Below are positions 55,824-63,709 of a stretch of 63,709 nucleotides of DNA, in pieces. A program made the position numbers and the translations under genes. Numbering within the stretch: position 1 is the first letter of the stretch; the number at the start of each line of letters is the position of its first letter. This stretch comes from a virus (lineage: Duplodnaviria; Caudoviricetes), in IMG/VR virus record IMGVR_UViG_3300022072_000008, positions 1-63,709 of that record; one strand, written 5' to 3'. A model generated the notes under the pieces. It had not been told where the DNA came from. It searched no databases and saw only the letters and a program-made list of their open reading frames with translations.

Positions 55824-55876
55824 GCACAGATTATTGAATAATGATATACTGTTTTTGCGTATAAGCAGTGCTTATT
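55819..55876 (+). promoter_or_regulatory. Pair of palindromic sites before the tail/fibre genes
   Basis: TATAAGC-ACA-GATTATT (55819-55835, imperfect) and TATAAGC-AGT-GCTTATT (55860-55876). Confidence 0.7.
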
Positions 55877-55908
55877 AAGCGCACATTAATTAATTTCTGG
55901 AGTTAGCA

Positions 55909-56319
55909 ATGTCTAAATTTTCTGATTATCTTGAGGAAAAAATCCTCGACGCCACCTTGAAGGGTGGCACTTTTCCTACTATTGGGACAGTATACTTAGC
56001 TACTTTTACTTCTGATCCTACAGATGCAGGTTCAGGCACCGAAAGTACGTGGAATGCCAACAGTATTGCCTATGCACGTCAGGCAATGACGTTTGGTGCT
56101 ATTTCTACTAGCGGAACAGGCAAAGAAGCCGCCAGTTCTACTCAGATTCAGTTCCCTGCATTTCAAGGTTCCAGCCATGTAGTTACTCACATTGGTATTT
56201 ACGATGCTGCAACGAGTGGTAACTTACTTTATCACACCAACTTAGCAACTAGTAAAACGCTTACTCAAGACGATGTACTGTCGTTTGCTGTTAACGGCGT
56301 TACGGTGACTCTAGACTAA
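55909..56319 (+). CDS. Virion structural/tail protein
   Basis: FSDYLE..LD...YLA.FT.DPTD...YARQ..VTHIGIYDA.TSGNLL pattern; GGAG RBS. Confidence 0.7.
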   Translation: MSKFSDYLEEKILDATLKGGTFPTIGTVYLATFTSDPTDAGSGTESTWNANSIAYARQAMTFGAISTSGTGKEAASSTQIQFPAFQGSSHVVTHIGIYDAATSGNLLYHTNLATSKTLTQDDVLSFAVNGVTVTLD

Positions 56320-58773
56320 ATGAACTTTTCCGCACTCAATACACACGCCATAGGCGTTCAACTTGTTACTGCTTCGGCAGTACTTGAGGGTGCGGGATCA
56401 TTCAGTGCAGGGGCATCTGTTTCTGCTCAAGCAACTACAGTCAATGTCGCTTATGCAAACGCTACAATCAGCGCAGCCGCATTAGCAACAACGCAGTCTG
56501 TTATTTGTTTTGCTAGGGCTATTGCTACATTAAGTTGTAACGCAGCTGCAAATGTAGAAGGGCATAAAGTTACGTTTAGTAACGCTGAAATAGTTTGCGC
56601 AGCTAGCAGTAATGCTAATGCTGTAGTTCACAGGCAAGCAGTCGTGTACGTTACGGCTCAGGCAACGAATGTTGCTTTAGGATCGAGGGTGGCCTACGCG
56701 TCTGCTTCATTACAAGCAGAGTGTAACCTAACCGCTAACTCAGGTGTGGTCGCCTTCGGTTCTTCAGCAATTGTTGCAAATGCCGCCATTTCAGCTTCAG
56801 TAATCTTAACAAGTCTTGTTCAAGCAACAGCGCATGTGTCGGATTCTAGCTACGTTGTTGCGGGCTACACCACTTGGTATGACAGCTGGGCTAATTCTAC
56901 TGGACAATACTATGCCGCTAATAGCGGTAACTATCATATTTTCCAAGCTGTCCCTGGACTGTATCCACCAACCTATCAGGTCTATAGTGCTTCACCAAGT
57001 CTAGCGCCAATATCACAAGCAAATACAGGGTATCAGTATCGAGTTGGTTCCTTGTTAAGTGGTGGAGCTTACCAAACATACTATATTAATGGCGTATATT
57101 ATCAGGGTTTTTGGAGGCATTTAGAGGTAAACACACCTTACTCTGTTTATACCCCACCACTTACTGTATATACAGGCTACACACCTAATGCCCAGGTTGT
57201 GGTTTCAGACGTATCTATTCTTAGGGGTAGCTTCGCATACCCATCTGGATCTTCTGAGGTTACCGCAACAGGTACTCGATTAGCTTCGGTATCAGCAGAT
57301 GTAACCAGTTTAGCCTCAGCTGCGGCAGAAGTGTTTACAGTAAGATTCATTGATGCATCAGCGGCAGTTAATTCAGAAGCAGAGACAACCGCATCAGCAA
57401 CATCCTTTACAGTACATCCAGCGCAAGCAACTGGAAACGCTTCTGCTAATATTACTACAACACCAATTTTACACGTTTATGTAGCTGAGACAGTCAGTGC
57501 ATCAGCCACAGCCACAGCTGATGGCGACATTTTAATCAGCGCCACAGCGTCTGTGTCGGACTCTAGCTACATAACCCCCGGCTACTGGATACCTTCGTAC
57601 ACGACTACTCAAGACTTTAATGCTGCGTTTTACTGGGTGCATTATTTAGGTAGCGAGGTATATTTTACTTATACACCTGAATCTATAGCCCCGTATTACA
57701 GTAACAATACATATACAGGAACTAATATTGTTTCTGCAATAAAAGCTGTTTTAGATTCTGGAGCACCAGCAGGAACTTCATACGTTAGTTATCTAACCTC
57801 CGCTCAAACTAGAAATGGAGTATCTGGTTTCAATGGTGGCCTCAAGCGAAGAGTTACCACTACACACCCTGCTGTTTGGGTTGCACCAGTTACTGTATAT
57901 ACAGGCTACACACCTTCCGCAAATGTTTCAGCTGAAGCAATTATCTTATTAAGCGTTAGTCTTTCAGCATCGGGAGAAGTATCAGCCGCAGGCTTTAAAA
58001 CAGCCTTCGCTGAAGCGGCATTTACAGGAAGTAGCATCACCATCTCAGCAGGGACGCACAGTGTTGTTGTTCGGGCTGATGCCATTGCCAGCGCCAATCT
58101 TTCAGCTGACTCATTCGTCCTTAGAGAAGCTAGTGCCAACTTAGATCCTACAGCATTAGTGACTACTTCGGTACACGTTGACTCATTCAGAACAGCCAGC
58201 GTAGTGGCTAACGCTAGCATTGCTGGGGCAGCTTCCAGAATAGCACATGCTCAGTTGGCTGGAATTACAGGTTCTTCTCAGTTCACAGAGAGTGCCGTCA
58301 ATTTCGCTAACTCTCAGGGCGCATTTACGGGCAGTAGTGTAACTGTTTCAGCCGCATTCCAACGCGCATTTGCAGCAATAGGCGTGACCTCTACAGCCAG
58401 CATCACTGCTGAAGCAGACGTAGAAATTTGGGCCAAGGCTGATGTAGTTGCTAGCTCAGTAGTGGCCGTGACAGGTACGGGGGTTAACTCAGCCCACGCT
58501 TACTTTACTGCATCTTCCGATATGTCAGCTCTTGCAAACCTGCTTGTATTTGCAGATGCAGCACTTTCTGCAACAGCTAAGGTCGTTAATGGTTTCGCAT
58601 TAGTTGCCCAAGAAGGTACTCGTAGTAACGGCATTCTTATATTAGTCGAAGCAGAAAATAGAACATTACTTGTTGATGCAAGTGCAGGTAACCGAACAAT
58701 CATTGTAGATGCAGAAGATAGAACAATCATTGTAGATGCAGAAGATAGAACCATCTTCGCTGAAGCAGCTTAA
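56320..58773 (+). CDS. Ala/Ser/Val-rich fibre-like protein with two Tyr-rich inserts
   Basis: Periodic beta-repeat body; two inserts bounded by DNA repeats; C-terminal RTIIVDAED tandem repeats. Confidence 0.65.
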   Translation: MNFSALNTHAIGVQLVTASAVLEGAGSFSAGASVSAQATTVNVAYANATISAAALATTQSVICFARAIATLSCNAAANVEGHKVTFSNAEIVCAASSNANAVVHRQAVVYVTAQATNVALGSRVAYASASLQAECNLTANSGVVAFGSSAIVANAAISASVILTSLVQATAHVSDSSYVVAGYTTWYDSWANSTGQYYAANSGNYHIFQAVPGLYPPTYQVYSASPSLAPISQANTGYQYRVGSLLSGGAYQTYYINGVYYQGFWRHLEVNTPYSVYTPPLTVYTGYTPNAQVVVSDVSILRGSFAYPSGSSEVTATGTRLASVSADVTSLASAAAEVFTVRFIDASAAVNSEAETTASATSFTVHPAQATGNASANITTTPILHVYVAETVSASATATADGDILISATASVSDSSYITPGYWIPSYTTTQDFNAAFYWVHYLGSEVYFTYTPESIAPYYSNNTYTGTNIVSAIKAVLDSGAPAGTSYVSYLTSAQTRNGVSGFNGGLKRRVTTTHPAVWVAPVTVYTGYTPSANVSAEAIILLSVSLSASGEVSAAGFKTAFAEAAFTGSSITISAGTHSVVVRADAIASANLSADSFVLREASANLDPTALVTTSVHVDSFRTASVVANASIAGAASRIAHAQLAGITGSSQFTESAVNFANSQGAFTGSSVTVSAAFQRAFAAIGVTSTASITAEADVEIWAKADVVASSVVAVTGTGVNSAHAYFTASSDMSALANLLVFADAALSATAKVVNGFALVAQEGTRSNGILILVEAENRTLLVDASAGNRTIIVDAEDRTIIVDAEDRTIFAEAA

Positions 58774-58786
58774 AAGAGAGAAATTT

Positions 58787-59059
58787 ATGGATTCGTTTCA
58801 AAAACAGCCCACCGAACAATTGGATTACGACATTGATTTTTCCGATTGGTTGCCGAATGGGGACGCTATTACTTCCACAACGGTTACATCATCCCCAGCC
58901 GGTTTGACTATTTATGTGACTGATGCAGCGACCATCATGCCTAAAGTTTGGGTAGCTGCGGGTGTGGATAAAAAGAGCTACATTGTTTCTGTCACAGTTG
59001 AGACCAATCAGAGTCGAACTAAAGAAGTGAACTTTAAAGTAAAAGTGAAGGACACATAA
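58787..59059 (+). CDS. Small Ig-like fibre adaptor protein
   Basis: KQP.E.LDYDIDFSDWL..GD.I...KVW...G...Y.V...T...R; start ATG 58787. Confidence 0.65.
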   Translation: MDSFQKQPTEQLDYDIDFSDWLPNGDAITSTTVTSSPAGLTIYVTDAATIMPKVWVAAGVDKKSYIVSVTVETNQSRTKEVNFKVKVKDT

Positions 59060-59060
59060 G

Positions 59061-59909
59061 ATGGCTTTTGAGAATAATGTACAGGCTACACTTCACACAA
59101 ACGTAGCCGTTGGCGCGACTACAGTTGATGTAGTGAAGGCTATTGCGCCTAATAAAGATGTTCCTGCAAGTGGTCGATTAACTTTATCTGCAACTGGTAA
59201 GATTGAAATCATTAGCTACACAGGGCGCACTAACCCTGTTGATAGTCAAACTTTTGCAGTCACTGCTGTTGGCGGTAACTACATTATAAGCAGTGTGGCT
59301 AATAAAGCGTTAACTTTAAAAGCTGGATCTACCTATATATTTACTTATCCATCAGGACATCCGTTTCGATTTTCTACTACTTCAGATGGTACACATGGAA
59401 GCGGATCAGAATACACTACAGGTGTAACTCACAATAGCTCAACACAAACTACAATTATTGTATCTGATAGCACTCCAACCACTCTATATTATTACTGCTC
59501 TTATCACTCAAACATGGGTGGTGATATATCAGTTATTAGCTATTGGACATTAACTGGTGTCACTAAAAATGCAGAGTCTTCGTTTGGTGATCAGGCATGG
59601 TCAGCAGGAGATGCTTGTTTTCAAGCGTTAACTGCGGCAGATGTTGCTTCCTTACAAGGTGCAACTGGGCCTGCTGGTGCAACTGGAGCTACTGGCCCCG
59701 CAGGAACAGCCGCTTTAGTCTTAATCAGTCAATCAACAGCCCCTACTTCACCCGCCCTTGGGCAACAGTGGTTTGATACTTCTCAAGGTATTCTTTATCA
59801 ATTCTTTACGGATGGTACAGACGGTGCTTGGCTAGATCAAGGCGCAGTAAACAGCACTCCATCTGCATCAGCTGAAGATGCTGAAATTTTAGCACTTATC
59901 GGACTCTAA
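59061..59909 (+). CDS. Tail fibre protein with cupredoxin-like insert and short collagen-like repeat
   Basis: GHPFRFS...LYYYCSYHSNMG; GATGPAGATGATGPAG; AP.SP..GQQWFD. Confidence 0.7.
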   Translation: MAFENNVQATLHTNVAVGATTVDVVKAIAPNKDVPASGRLTLSATGKIEIISYTGRTNPVDSQTFAVTAVGGNYIISSVANKALTLKAGSTYIFTYPSGHPFRFSTTSDGTHGSGSEYTTGVTHNSSTQTTIIVSDSTPTTLYYYCSYHSNMGGDISVISYWTLTGVTKNAESSFGDQAWSAGDACFQALTAADVASLQGATGPAGATGATGPAGTAALVLISQSTAPTSPALGQQWFDTSQGILYQFFTDGTDGAWLDQGAVNSTPSASAEDAEILALIGL

Positions 59910-59921
59910 AGGAGCCAAACC

Positions 59922-61682
59922 ATGACCATTAATACTACAACAGTTGAAGCTAGCTTGCAGACAGCGCTTAACGCAACTACCGGCACAACAGAAGCTAAAG
60001 AATTATTACTCTTAGGTAAAGCAGCAGAAGCCATTACTACAGTGGGTAGTAGTTTAACCTCTATTCTTACTACGCAAGGTGATGTGGTGTATCGAAATGC
60101 TACTGGCCCAGTGCGGTTAGCAGCGGGTGCAGCAGGTGAAGTTTTAGTAAGTGGGGGTGCTGGGGCTAATCCTACTTGGGGAACAGCAGCAGGTGCGAAT
60201 AATTTTGAACTAGCTAGCAACATGACAGCAAGACAAGTAGCTCAAATAGATTCTACAGGTAAGATTGCGCCTATTACCTCATCTGCGCCTATAGCAAGTA
60301 GTCTTATGGCAACTACCCCATATCCAAATACTGGGCCATCTGGTGCTACAGGTGTAAACTATTCGTGTGCAGTAGACCCATCAAACACTAACAGATTTGC
60401 GGTTGTTGCTGGAGATAACACCCCTAAAATTAACGCAGGACTTGTTGCAGCAGACGGTTCAGTAACTTGGGGGGCAACGGTAACACACGGCAATAATACT
60501 GGTACAACTGGACATCATGATATTGAATGGGATCCTGTCAACGATGGTGTTCTTTGGGTGCGAAGTGGCCAAAGCGGTAACAGTATTTCAAGATTTAGTA
60601 CAACGACAGGGGGTGTTACTCTGACCCATCTGGGGACATTTACTGATAGCACTGGCTACAACTATGGAACACTAGACTTACACCCTACTATATCTGGCAG
60701 GTTTCTTATAACTCATAGAGTGCTTAGAACTGTTCGCGTTTGTGATTTAACATCTAATACTGCATATTCACAAGCGGCAACGTATACGCTTCCTTCCAAA
60801 GATGCTAACTCACATATTGCTAAATTTTTCCCAGATGATGGCACTAAAATCTTAGTACTGTATGCAGGATCAGGCGGTGGCACTAAGGCTAGAGTAATGG
60901 ATCTTACTGGAAATACATTAACTCAGGGCACAGACGTTGTATTGGGTGATCATACTTCACCTTATTTCCGAGCTAAGTCTTTTACATGGGAGCCTAATGG
61001 AGATTCATCTACGGGGTATAGATTTGCACTAATGGTTAATGGATTAACTGGCGCATCTTCACATGCCCGACCAGACATTGTTGTAGGTACTGTTACTAAC
61101 GTTGGGGCTACTGGAACAATCACAGTAGGATCTGCAGTAGATTGGGGTGAGGCAGTAATAGGCGGAAATGAAAATGGAGCTTTGTCAACTTCAGAATTTA
61201 CACACAATATGGTTTTTAGCCCTTACAACAAAACTGATCTTGTAGTAGGTACTGATTTCATCGGCAAGTGTACCTTAGTAGGCAATGAGTTAACTCTTCC
61301 TACAACGACTGTATCTAAAACTATTTCTGGCCACGGCAATTCTGCCGCTAACGGCAGCTACAATATGCTTATTAACTTAGGCGCTTCTGGTAAGTATTTA
61401 TCGCTTATGGAGACATCAGGTGGCGCTATAGTAAACCAACATGCAAAACCAGCAATATCAAACATTGATGCTGACAAGATGATGGGTCTTGTAACTGCCG
61501 CAGGTTCGACAGGTGACACTAGAACTGTTCAATATTCTGGGCAAATGGGAGGCTTCTCTGGGTTGACTATTGGAGCGAGACATTACGTTCAAGGAGATGC
61601 CAGCGTAACTTCTACTCAAGTGTCCAACTCAGTTTTTGTTGGTGTTGCAGTTAATGCAACTACGCTACAAGTTAAACTTTAA
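59922..61682 (+). CDS. Tail/receptor-binding or surface protein, allele B (complete)
   Basis: AAGGAG RBS; allelic or paralogous to 1..1686. Confidence 0.75.
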   Translation: MTINTTTVEASLQTALNATTGTTEAKELLLLGKAAEAITTVGSSLTSILTTQGDVVYRNATGPVRLAAGAAGEVLVSGGAGANPTWGTAAGANNFELASNMTARQVAQIDSTGKIAPITSSAPIASSLMATTPYPNTGPSGATGVNYSCAVDPSNTNRFAVVAGDNTPKINAGLVAADGSVTWGATVTHGNNTGTTGHHDIEWDPVNDGVLWVRSGQSGNSISRFSTTTGGVTLTHLGTFTDSTGYNYGTLDLHPTISGRFLITHRVLRTVRVCDLTSNTAYSQAATYTLPSKDANSHIAKFFPDDGTKILVLYAGSGGGTKARVMDLTGNTLTQGTDVVLGDHTSPYFRAKSFTWEPNGDSSTGYRFALMVNGLTGASSHARPDIVVGTVTNVGATGTITVGSAVDWGEAVIGGNENGALSTSEFTHNMVFSPYNKTDLVVGTDFIGKCTLVGNELTLPTTTVSKTISGHGNSAANGSYNMLINLGASGKYLSLMETSGGAIVNQHAKPAISNIDADKMMGLVTAAGSTGDTRTVQYSGQMGGFSGLTIGARHYVQGDASVTSTQVSNSVFVGVAVNATTLQVKL

Positions 61683-61696
61683 TCAAGGGTTAGAAG

Positions 61697-63580
61697 ATGA
61701 CGGATTATTTGTACACATCAGGTGGCTTTCCCACTTCTCCTAGCTCTGGTGACTCATTAGTTATCAATGGTCTGTTCTACGATTGGACAGGCACAGCTTG
61801 GAAAGTTAGATCTACAGTATCTAATCGAGTTGAGTTTATAGCTACTGCAAACCAAGCTACTAAAACTGGGCTAACCTATTTTGTTGGAAGTATAGATTGC
61901 TATATCAACGGTGCAAAGATGTTGCTTGGTACAGACTTCACAGCAACCGATGGTACATCAGTTACGTTTACTCCTGCACTTGATCTGGATGATGAAGTTC
62001 AACTTATTATGGGTGTTAGCGCATCTGCTGGAGGATCAACAGCTAGTAATACAAGTACGCTTGATCTTGTACTTGCTAGTAATATAGCTGCTAAAAAAGC
62101 GGCTATAATAAATTCAGACGGAAAAATTGATGGCATTTCCCAAGTTGTAGGAGCAGCTGGAACGCTTCTTACAGGAACCCAATACTCAAATACTAGTGGC
62201 TATTCTGCGTCAGGTTATAATTACAGAGCTGCGGTAGACCCATTTAACTCTAATCGTTTTGCGCTTGTTGGAAGTGATAGCACTCCTAATATATGTGTAG
62301 GACTTGTTGCAGCAGACGATTCAGTTACTTTTGGCGCAGCAGCTACAAGTCAATCTCCCACTTCCACTACAGGGCATCACGATATTGTCTGGGATCCTGT
62401 TAATGAAAATATTCTTTGGGTTAGATCTGGCGCTTCGAGTAGTTCAATTCATAGGTATAGTGTAAGTGGCACTACTTTGACAGTATTGGGAAGAGTAGGT
62501 AGCACACAAGGAAACAGTGAGTGGGGAACTCTAGACGTTCATCCCACTATATCTAACAGATTTATTATTACTAAAAAAAATCTTAGAACTATTGAGTACT
62601 GTAGGTTAGATACTAACACTACATATACTGTGCTTTCTTCTACTCTTATAGGCGCGAAGTCTAGTCACACACATATTGCTAAATTTTTTCCAGACGATGG
62701 CTCTAAGATTTTAATGCTTTACGCTAGATCATCAGGCGGCACACATTCAAAAATAGCAACTATTAATGCTGACAATTCATTAAGTTTAACTTCAAATGCT
62801 ATTGGCGATAATCAGCTGGGCACACTCTCAGATTCTGCTAATTTTAAAGGCAAAGGCTTTGCATGGGAGCCTAATGGCGATTCATCTACTGGTTATAGAT
62901 TTGCATTAATGGCTAATGGGCTAGTAGGTGCATCTCCGGCTACTAATGCAGACCTAATTGTAGGCACTGTAACTAACGTTGGCGCTGGCACAATTACGCT
63001 AGGAACACCAGTAGATTGGGGCGGAGTTTCAATAGAAGGAGGCACTGCTTTAACTAGTTTATTAGACTCTGAGTTCACAAGTAATCTGGCTTTTAGTCCA
63101 CACAACAAAACTGATCTTTGGGTAGGTACTAATTACTTTGGCAAAGTTACCTTGTCAGGAAATGAGATAACTCTTCCTACGGCATTTAATGACCTAGTGA
63201 GTCACACTCTTTCTAGCGGCAGTTGGGATTTAATAATTAACTTAGGCAGCAGTGGTAAATTCTTATCTCTGATGAGGGGAACCACTAAAGCTATAGTAAA
63301 TTATCATGAGAGAGCAACAGTATCTACTCTTGATGCTACTAAGATTATAGGCATTGTAAACACTGCGGGAGTAACAGACGATACTAGACCTGTTCAGTAT
63401 GCTGGAACAGCTACAGGCTTTTCTGGATTGACTACAGGGTCTACACACTATGTTCAGGGAGATGGAAGCATAACCGCAACAAACGTTGGTATTTCTGCTA
63501 CAACTGTTGCTTCTGTACCTATAGGAATTGCAATAGATGAAACTACTCTACTCATTAAATTTAACAACCACGGGAATTAA
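61697..63580 (+). CDS. Chimeric receptor-binding protein: anchor module plus a paralog of the 586-aa protein domain
   Basis: N-terminus matches 1701..2087. The remainder shares TGHHDI.WDPVN, AKFFPDDG.KIL and WEPNGDSSTGYRFAL with 59922..61682. Confidence 0.75.
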   Translation: MTDYLYTSGGFPTSPSSGDSLVINGLFYDWTGTAWKVRSTVSNRVEFIATANQATKTGLTYFVGSIDCYINGAKMLLGTDFTATDGTSVTFTPALDLDDEVQLIMGVSASAGGSTASNTSTLDLVLASNIAAKKAAIINSDGKIDGISQVVGAAGTLLTGTQYSNTSGYSASGYNYRAAVDPFNSNRFALVGSDSTPNICVGLVAADDSVTFGAAATSQSPTSTTGHHDIVWDPVNENILWVRSGASSSSIHRYSVSGTTLTVLGRVGSTQGNSEWGTLDVHPTISNRFIITKKNLRTIEYCRLDTNTTYTVLSSTLIGAKSSHTHIAKFFPDDGSKILMLYARSSGGTHSKIATINADNSLSLTSNAIGDNQLGTLSDSANFKGKGFAWEPNGDSSTGYRFALMANGLVGASPATNADLIVGTVTNVGAGTITLGTPVDWGGVSIEGGTALTSLLDSEFTSNLAFSPHNKTDLWVGTNYFGKVTLSGNEITLPTAFNDLVSHTLSSGSWDLIINLGSSGKFLSLMRGTTKAIVNYHERATVSTLDATKIIGIVNTAGVTDDTRPVQYAGTATGFSGLTTGSTHYVQGDGSITATNVGISATTVASVPIGIAIDETTLLIKFNNHGN

Positions 63581-63582
63581 CA

Positions 63583-63709
63583 ATGAGCAAAGCAAGGAAC
63601 CTATCGACTTTACTCAGCTCAGACGGCTCAGTTAAGACAACTAAGTATACTGATAGTGTGGGTGGGCAATCTAATTTTGTAGCGTCAGGTACGTTGCCTA
63701 ATGGTGTTC
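63583..63709 (+). repeat. 127-bp exact copy of 3288-3414 (start of the 504-aa gene); circularisation overlap
   Basis: Identity starts exactly at the ATG and runs to the last base of the window. Confidence 0.95.

Noticed and set aside
59285-59304. Additional palindrome copy inside the fibre gene
   Set aside because: The half sites are separated by 6 nt instead of 3; probably chance.
59997-63709. True direct terminal repeat of the virion DNA
   Set aside because: The copies are clearly diverged and differ in gene content; the exact overlaps are only 115 and 127 bp, as expected for assembly k-mer ends.

Overview
This window is essentially a complete ~60 kb genome of a temperate, short-tailed (podovirus-like) dsDNA phage. 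Its host is most likely a marine gammaproteobacterium: the attP core equals the 3' end of a gammaproteobacterial tRNA-Asp, and it carries IHF sites, a CsrA homolog and PhoH. The plus strand (37.3 kb to the end, continuing at 1-11.6 kb) carries packaging, head, ejection, tail/receptor-binding and lysis genes plus phoH, followed by attP and an integrase. The minus strand (13.0-36.9 kb) carries early and replication genes: family A DNA polymerase, primase-helicase, SNF2 helicase, PD-(D/E)XK nucleases, a CI-like repressor, an Xis-like protein and many small ORFs. The two ends are two different versions of one receptor-binding cassette (1-3287 vs 59997-63582), and the last 127 bp duplicate 3288-3414, so the contig probably closes into a circle by either of two alternative cassettes. 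The most notable unexplained structures are (i) about 17 copies of a 17-bp palindrome TATAAGC-N3-GCT(T/A)AT(A/T) in front of both early and late genes, (ii) an array of ACGACA(C)-loop hairpins in the major capsid leader, (iii) repeated leader and terminator elements in the early region, and (iv) several layers of modular diversification in the virion surface proteins. All product calls come from motifs recognised by eye; no database search or folding program was run.
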